NCBI GenBank assembly: GCA_964016885.1
Contig: OZ024741.1
Location: forward strand, 184,822,001 to 184,886,000
Length of the DNA: 64,000 nucleotides
Origin: Eledone cirrhosa
Taxonomy: Eukaryota
Direction of reading: 5' to 3'
Shown: positions 57,014 through 64,000 of the stretch, piece after piece
Position numbering within the stretch: position 1 is the first letter of the stretch
Layout: each line of letters starts with the position of its first letter
Program-made: the position numbers and the translations under genes
The notes under the pieces: generated by a model
What the model was told of the DNA's origin: nothing
The model's input: only the letters and a program-made list of their open reading frames with translations
Databases searched by the model: none

Positions 57014-57398
57014 CGAGGGCAATCCCAAAAGTAAGGTCTCCTTCCGATATTGCAACTTTTACGTTAAAATCCTGTGGATGGTGCTTCGGGAAACGTCAGG
57101 AACCAAAATGCAGAGAGCATCCAGAGTGATCCGCCGATTTTTACGCATGTTTTCCTCGGAACGAGACCTTACGTTTGGGATTGCCCTCGTATATAATAAC
57201 TGCGCGAAATTCGCACTTGGCGGTAGCGTTCAACGGGAGCTCCATTCTCTACGGCTAAGATTGAGCATCCCAGCGATGCGCGCGCATGCTTCTTTGGAAG
57301 TGAAGGACGCACCGATCACAACAGTGTTGTCAACAGCCGTACGAACAGCTTCTTTGCGTCCCCATCGCTTTGGAGACTTTACTTTTGGGATTACCCTC

Positions 57399-57399
<1 letters not shown>
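57014..57399. mobile_element. Tc1/mariner MITE(s) in (TA)n: one left and two right TIRs
   Basis: TA|cgagggcaatcccaaaagtaaggtctc; reverse TIRs end at 57189 and 57399, each followed by TA. Confidence 0.82.
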
Positions 57400-57464
<65 letters not shown>

Positions 57465-57514
57465 TGATAATATTATAAAGAACGAGGAATCAGTGTTGCA
57501 TCAAATCAGAATTT

Positions 57515-57592
57515 AACATATTACATATGTTTTTCCGTCGATCTGTTACAGATCGAACCCGACTCTGTATTCGAAGGCTCTTCAGATATGTT
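57515..57592 (-). ncRNA. Type I HHR with degenerate GAAA junction; same family as 61952-62049
   Basis: AACAUAU-CUGAAGA-..-aAAAC-AUAU-GUA^AUAUGUU. Confidence 0.58.
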
Positions 57593-57698
57593 TTGTGTGT
57601 TCAAACATCTCAGCTGTTCTTTATCAACCGGCACACCGCCTACGGACGTAATTACCTGCATCCCTATAACAACTATATACATATATACATATATATAC

Positions 57699-57825
<127 letters not shown>

Positions 57826-57852
57826 TATACATATATATACATATATATATAC

Positions 57853-57895
<43 letters not shown>

Positions 57896-58355
57896 GGTGA
57901 GTGTCTTTCCCCATATATGCCTGTATTCACGTCTATCTGTATGTATGACAGCCGTAAACTACTCTATGCCATTACGTTTTTTCATGCTTAATATTAGTTA
58001 ACCAGGCAGAGATAACAACAAACTATAAACATGTTATCCAAGGTAGCAATAAAGTCACGTTTCCCCACTAGAGACTTTATTAACATCAAATTCAGTGAAA
58101 CATTAGACAAAGCCATCAAACATTTCCTCCCAATGTTCCCTTCTTTATAATCTACTATCGAAAGATAGACTTCGCAGAATATGTTTTGTTTCTATCTACC
58201 TACATATCGTTTACTGCACGGCAGCTACCTACCTATTTACTTACCTACCTATCTACCTGCCTGCTTACCTACTTACCTATATAACTACTAAGCAACGTAG
58301 ATACATACATACATACATCATCGATCATGGGTACTTACATATACCGTCACACACA

Positions 58356-58432
<77 letters not shown>

Positions 58433-58526
58433 GGTAAAAAGTAAAACTGAAAAATCTCAGGGGGTAGTTAAAGAGGATTTGTTTCTTAATTTATAATGTA
58501 TATAGACACAAACACATACACACATG

Positions 58527-58572
<46 letters not shown>

Positions 58573-58595
58573 TATATATATATATATATATACAG

Positions 58596-58666
<71 letters not shown>

Positions 58667-58669
58667 CAG

Positions 58670-58702
<33 letters not shown>

Positions 58703-58705
58703 CAG

Positions 58706-58750
<45 letters not shown>

Positions 58751-58773
58751 GTAATAATAATAAAATTATTTAA

Positions 58774-58808
<35 letters not shown>

Positions 58809-58917
58809 TTCATATATACATTTTCTGACTGTAAATTGAAACCTTGCACTCACTTAATTCATCTTAGTATGAGTTTATATTTCCCTAGGTAAATATTTTT
58901 GCCAGCTGCCTTTTGTC

Positions 58918-59064
<147 letters not shown>

Positions 59065-60744
59065 ATTATGTGTGCTTCTGTGCCGATGGGTATGTTCTCT
59101 CGTGTCTATAACACAATCTACAATATATATATACACTGCCCAAATAAACATTGCTACACCTCTTACGTAAGATGTCAAATCCCGTTTATTTTCATTTTAG
59201 TTGAAGTGGCAGACATGTTTTAAAACGAATGCCGTCATAAAGATAATATCAAAATAATTATCATACTGACACACGATGATTATTGTTATTATTTTTGTCT
59301 TTATTATTATATTTGGTTCTTGTTGTTTAGAACGTGCAAAGCCTCTGTTGCCGTCAGTTTATTGTTTTTCATCTGTTTGTAACACACGAGTCACTGAAAT
59401 TCTTTTAAATCATTATTATGTTGTCATACACTATTTTGTCAGTGGGACACCCTAACGATTTTTGCCTCAATGTGTTGTAATTTGTAGTTTTTCTCTATGT
59501 AAACTTAATATTTGTTTGAATAACAACGTGACAGGATTTCTTAATATTTAGTCTTGATAAAAAACGAATTCCACATTCTGCCAACTAAAAGTTAACACTT
59601 CCAATGCTGCCTTAAACATTATCTAACAGTGTCGAAAAGACCAAATAACGACGCCAACAGCATCACAATTATCAACAAAACCAGCACCACCACAACAGTT
59701 ATAGGTGCAAACTTACACATTTTAACTGACTTTTAGAGAATTACAGTTGCCGAAAACAGAGCCCCCCACCACCACCCCCCAACTACCCAGGCATCAATCA
59801 AAGACAAAAACAAAATTCAACACCTCCCACCCTATATTAATAGGCAAAAAGAGTCTTTAAACAATGGAGGTAGACAACAATATTTCATATTCATCAACTG
59901 AATTTTCAAAATTGACCGATTGCAGTAAATGCAGCAACACCGAAGCAGCTTAAATTGATGTTTCCTTTCTAAGTGTCCCAAATATTTAAAGAAGTACTGA
60001 ATGGAGATAGACGTTGTCCAGAGTAATCATCACTCCATCTAACGTGATGGAAGTTATATATTGATGGAAGGTAACATACTTGTCTATCAGAGAGTAATCA
60101 GGTCTGGTAGTAAGGCCAAGTAGAGGCCAAATTCAAAAATGTCTCGATTGTGTGTGGAAACACAAAACTCACATCACCCATAGAAATATATAATGAACAG
60201 AGTCAGAGGAGAAGCAACACTCGTTGATACCACTGAAGAGCCAGTATTTAATTTTAATCCCCTGATATTGATGCAAGAGAATGGCAAAGTAAGACTCCCT
60301 CAGTTGCTACCACAGAAGGGCCACCAGCTAGGCATAGATGAGATGTGCTCAGAGCGACAAAACATTCCCAGCGTACATTTTCATTTCCATGTGGTGTTTA
60401 GGCTATTCTTGAGTGTGTATATGTTTATGTACGATCTACATCGATAAATTAATTATCTATGATTAGTTCAATATTCTTAGTATCGGATACTTTGCTTCTT
60501 AGGTGACAATGGCCCATAAATGTCTTAAATCATTGCCAAAACTGTGAACACTTCTAGGAGTTTTTCTACTTGAGTGTTATTCCTTGTAAAATGTTTTAAG
60601 CCATCTATATAGAAGAGAGGATTTATAGTTCGTCTATAGCATATGATTTCATTCAGCAATTTGAGTTCAGAGCTAGGCATATAAATAGATCTAATAACAT
60701 AACATCTCCCTTTGGAAAATTACTCTTCTTATTGGTATATAAAC

Positions 60745-61203
60745 ATCAGTATATACACAACACTCCATGTCCTGAAAAAATACATATGGTTCATCCTTCT
60801 ACACGGATGTGAATGCTGGATGATAAGCAATAAAATGTCAAGGAAACTGGACGCTGCTGAAATTTGGTTCATCCAGAGAATATTTAAAATATTTTGGACA
60901 GAAAAAGAAAAACAATGACAAAGTACTTCATCTGGCAGACATGGGAAGATCTCTTGTATGTACTATAAGAATGAGGCAAATGGAATTATTTAGTCACATA
61001 AACAGAAGAGACGGTTTGGAAAAGCTGATTCTTTGTTGCATGAAAGAGGAGACAAGGGAGCTAACGAATAACATTTACAGACATCCTGAACAAATATGTC
61101 AATACAGGACGATAAAGAGTGACCTCACCCGGAACACTAACAAAAGGGAGGATTGTATCACCAATGGCTAATCTAGACCTGGCAATTGATGATGACGATG
61201 ATT
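60745..61203 (+). mobile_element. RTE-clade LINE 3' fragment
   Basis: VLKKYIWFILLHGCECWMI..KLDAAEIWFIQRIFKIFWTEK..RQMELFSHINRRDGLEKLIL; ends in (gat)n. Confidence 0.8.
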
Positions 61204-61507
61204 GGTATAGGGTTGGTTTTACTCGACTTTTAGTTGTTTTTCAGTGATACTGCAGTTTCCCGTTTTGTTCAGCAGTGTTGTGGATACTTTTCTTGTGTCG
61301 AGAGACTCCTTTGTTCTAATGTGTGGACGCTGTCAAATGCCCTTTGATAGTCACTCTAGGCCATGCTGAATTTTTCTCCTTCGTTTATAACCTCCTATTC
61401 AAGAGTAACTAATATTTAAAGCCATACAACTCTTTCCACGCTCTATTTGTTCTTCAGGTAACACATTGTTATTTTCCAGGTGAATATTAGTTACGTGAAG
61501 GTTTTGT

Positions 61508-61555
<48 letters not shown>

Positions 61556-61655
61556 CGTGTGTAAGTATGTAAAATGTAAAGAGAAATAACAAGACAATTG
61601 GTACAGTATATGGACGGAATATATTAGGTTAACGCTTGGAATAGGAGGAAGAGGG

Positions 61656-61691
61656 TCTTAACGTTTCGGACGCTAATCCTTCATCAGAAGA
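61656..61691 (-). ncRNA. Classic minimal PLE-type HHR
   Basis: UCUU-CUGAUGA-a-GGA(UUAGCG)UCC-GAAACGUU^AAGA; loopless palindromic stem III implies dimeric cleavage. Confidence 0.72.
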
Positions 61692-61731
61692 AAGAATGAG
61701 AAATTAGAAAGAATGAAGGGATGGACGGGGT

Positions 61732-61797
<66 letters not shown>

Positions 61798-61951
61798 ATA
61801 TATATATATATACATATATATATATAATTGGTGTTGGATGCTTAAAGCGTCCGTATGCGGTAGGCCGTATGAGCACTCGATGCTCTCATAGAGCAGACGA
61901 TGATATCACAGAAAAAAAGAGAATCAGTGTTGCGACGAATTGAATTTATTG

Positions 61952-62049
61952 AACATATTACAATCGTTTCTCTGGCGACCAGCTCGAGGCACGATCGATG
62001 ATCGATGATCGAACCTGACTCTGAAAATCGCAAGGTCCTCAGATACGTC
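61952..62049 (-). ncRNA. Type I HHR with extended stem II
   Basis: GACGUAU-CUGAGGA-..GCGAUU..GGUCGC..-GAAAC-GAUU-GUA^AUAUGUU; flanks homologous to 57485-57595. Confidence 0.68.
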
Positions 62050-62394
62050 TTGATTCTACGAAGCAGATTTTCCTAGGAGTTGCACTTGCTTGGCAAGTTT
62101 AAACTGAAAAAATTACATCTTGGACGAGAAGTGCAAACAATTTACCTAACGAAGGATCATCAACGTAGTCAAGCAACCTGTTAGAAATCGTAGCCACATC
62201 TCTATCATCATATGTGCCGTCTAGAAATATGTGGTGATGTACTAGATGCGCTATGTCCTAAAAATGAAAGCAGTCGGAATATTTACAGTATAATATTTAC
62301 AATGGGTCAGCTCAATGAGAGCTGACTTTGTAGATTAAGAAAAACAACAGCACAAAAACAGTCGTGTATTTCTTAATATTATTATATACTATAG

Positions 62395-62610
62395 TGGTGT
62401 ATTGACAGCATTATTAGAGCGTCAGGCAAACTGTTTTTGCAGCATTTAATTACAGCGCTGTACGTTCCGAGTTCAAATCCAGCCGAGGTAAATTTTGTCT
62501 TTCATTATTTTGGTCTCGATAAAATATGATACCAATCGAGTACTGGCTTCAATTTAATCAACGCATCCTTCCTCTAAATTAGTTGGTTCTGTCTCTTAAC
62601 TAGAAATTAG
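62395..62610 (+). mobile_element. Older SINE copy
   Basis: gagttcaaatccagccgagg..tcgataaaat. Confidence 0.7.
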
Positions 62611-63409
62611 TATTACCAATTTAGTCGTATATATTTGACTAGATTACTGACACCCTGTACACGTCAGCATACTAACTATATAGTATTCGTTTACTTGACT
62701 TTCATATTCCAAGCATCTGCTTACCAAAATAAGTTCTATCGTTAGCAACTTTATCAATAATGTGTTACTTTATGTTCATAGATATTTATATATTATGAAT
62801 TATATATCCATAGCCAGTGTTAGAAGTTATATACATGTTGGTAATATTTCAATATTTCCTCTCATATATACGTCCCTGAGCAAAAATATATGGATGTGTG
62901 ATTAAGAAGTTCACTTTGAAACTATGTGATTTCAATTTCTATCCTGCTGCGTGACACCTTAGCCAATTATCTTCTACAGTACTGAAAGGTCACCAAAAAT
63001 CCAGTGTTTGAACAGAAACTATGTGGGAGATCTCAGAGGAACTGACCATTTATTGTATGATAAACTTAACCCATCACCTAGTTGAGTACCATGATATTGT
63101 CTTGGAATACCTTATGCAGGGGCAAGTTTTTGTAAGAATTTAGCATTGAGAGCGGCTCCGAAAATGTTTCCGACTAATTGTCACATTTCTTCGCTTCTAA
63201 TTATGTCAGAAAATGAAAACGATTCCCTCTATTAGAAATCGCAGGATACTATCTATCGGGTAGAACAGATGATGTAATAGAGAAGGCAGTAGATTACGAT
63301 GTTCATATTTTTGTTGTTGCATTTGTTCTCGTTTAATCAAAGCTCAACTTTGATAGAAGAGAAATATCTTCGAAGAAATTCCAACCACGGCCATTGACAC
63401 TATTTGAAA

Positions 63410-63625
63410 TTAATCTACCCTCCAGATTTTATCCATGCTACTTACAGAAGCTAAACACTCCAGAAGCAATGTTATGCGGTATATTGCTGCGTTTCTGGTG
63501 ACGTCCTTTGGAGCTGAAAAAGATCACACTGACTATAGTTATTTCACAACATTTAAAATCCAAGGCCAATTCTACCATTTAATCGACAGTTTACTACCCC
63601 CAGGCTAATAAAGAAGTTTTATGAT
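63410..63625 (+). mobile_element. Helitron RepHel coding fragment
   Basis: Y.AAF.VTSFGAEK..YFTTFKIQGQFYHLIDSLLP matches the conserved pre-Rep block of Helitron RepHel. Confidence 0.72.
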
Positions 63626-63718
63626 TGTTTATTTTTATGTCTCTCTCTCACACACACACTCACACACGCGCACACACACACACACACACTCACACACGCG
63701 CACACACACACACACACT

Positions 63719-63777
<59 letters not shown>

Positions 63778-64000
63778 ACACACACACACACACACACATT
63801 ACGGTCTTACCTCATTCCAGACAACACATCCAGTACAATCGTTTTCTCTTTTATCCGCCTTCTCTTAACTATTCTGTCGGGTGAAGCTGCGTACCTCAGC
63901 TAGTTGAATATTAGCGAATACAATTTGTATTAGAACCCTATATATTTCAGTTTAATTTGACGGGAGATTTGCCAACTATTTTGGTAGGTAGAATGTTTCA

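Overview
AT-rich eukaryotic DNA saturated with (TA)n, (CA)n, (GA)n and (CTT)n microsatellites. The SINE families and overall repeat mix suggest an octopod cephalopod; this is inferred from recall, not from a search. I found no credible host exon, and almost all listed ORFs are microsatellite artefacts. The window is a mobile-element graveyard. It holds two large Naiad-type Penelope-like elements (PLEs; RT and GIY-YIG), a Neptune-like PLE fragment, R4/Dong, CRE and RTE LINE fragments, about 15 copies of one tRNA-derived SINE, and hAT, mariner and Helitron non-autonomous elements. The main hidden signal is RNA-level: about 20 type I hammerhead ribozyme (HHR) motifs found by eye. Four lie in an apparently identical 465-bp tandem array inserted in (TA)n at 30422-32150, a retrozyme-like element. 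A diverged relative at 47872-48537 shares covarying structure, an octamer-like motif and the same 3' boundary. Several PLE-associated HHRs have a U3-A8 core or ~50-110-nt insertions in stem II. All folds were read manually and coordinates may be off by a few bases.
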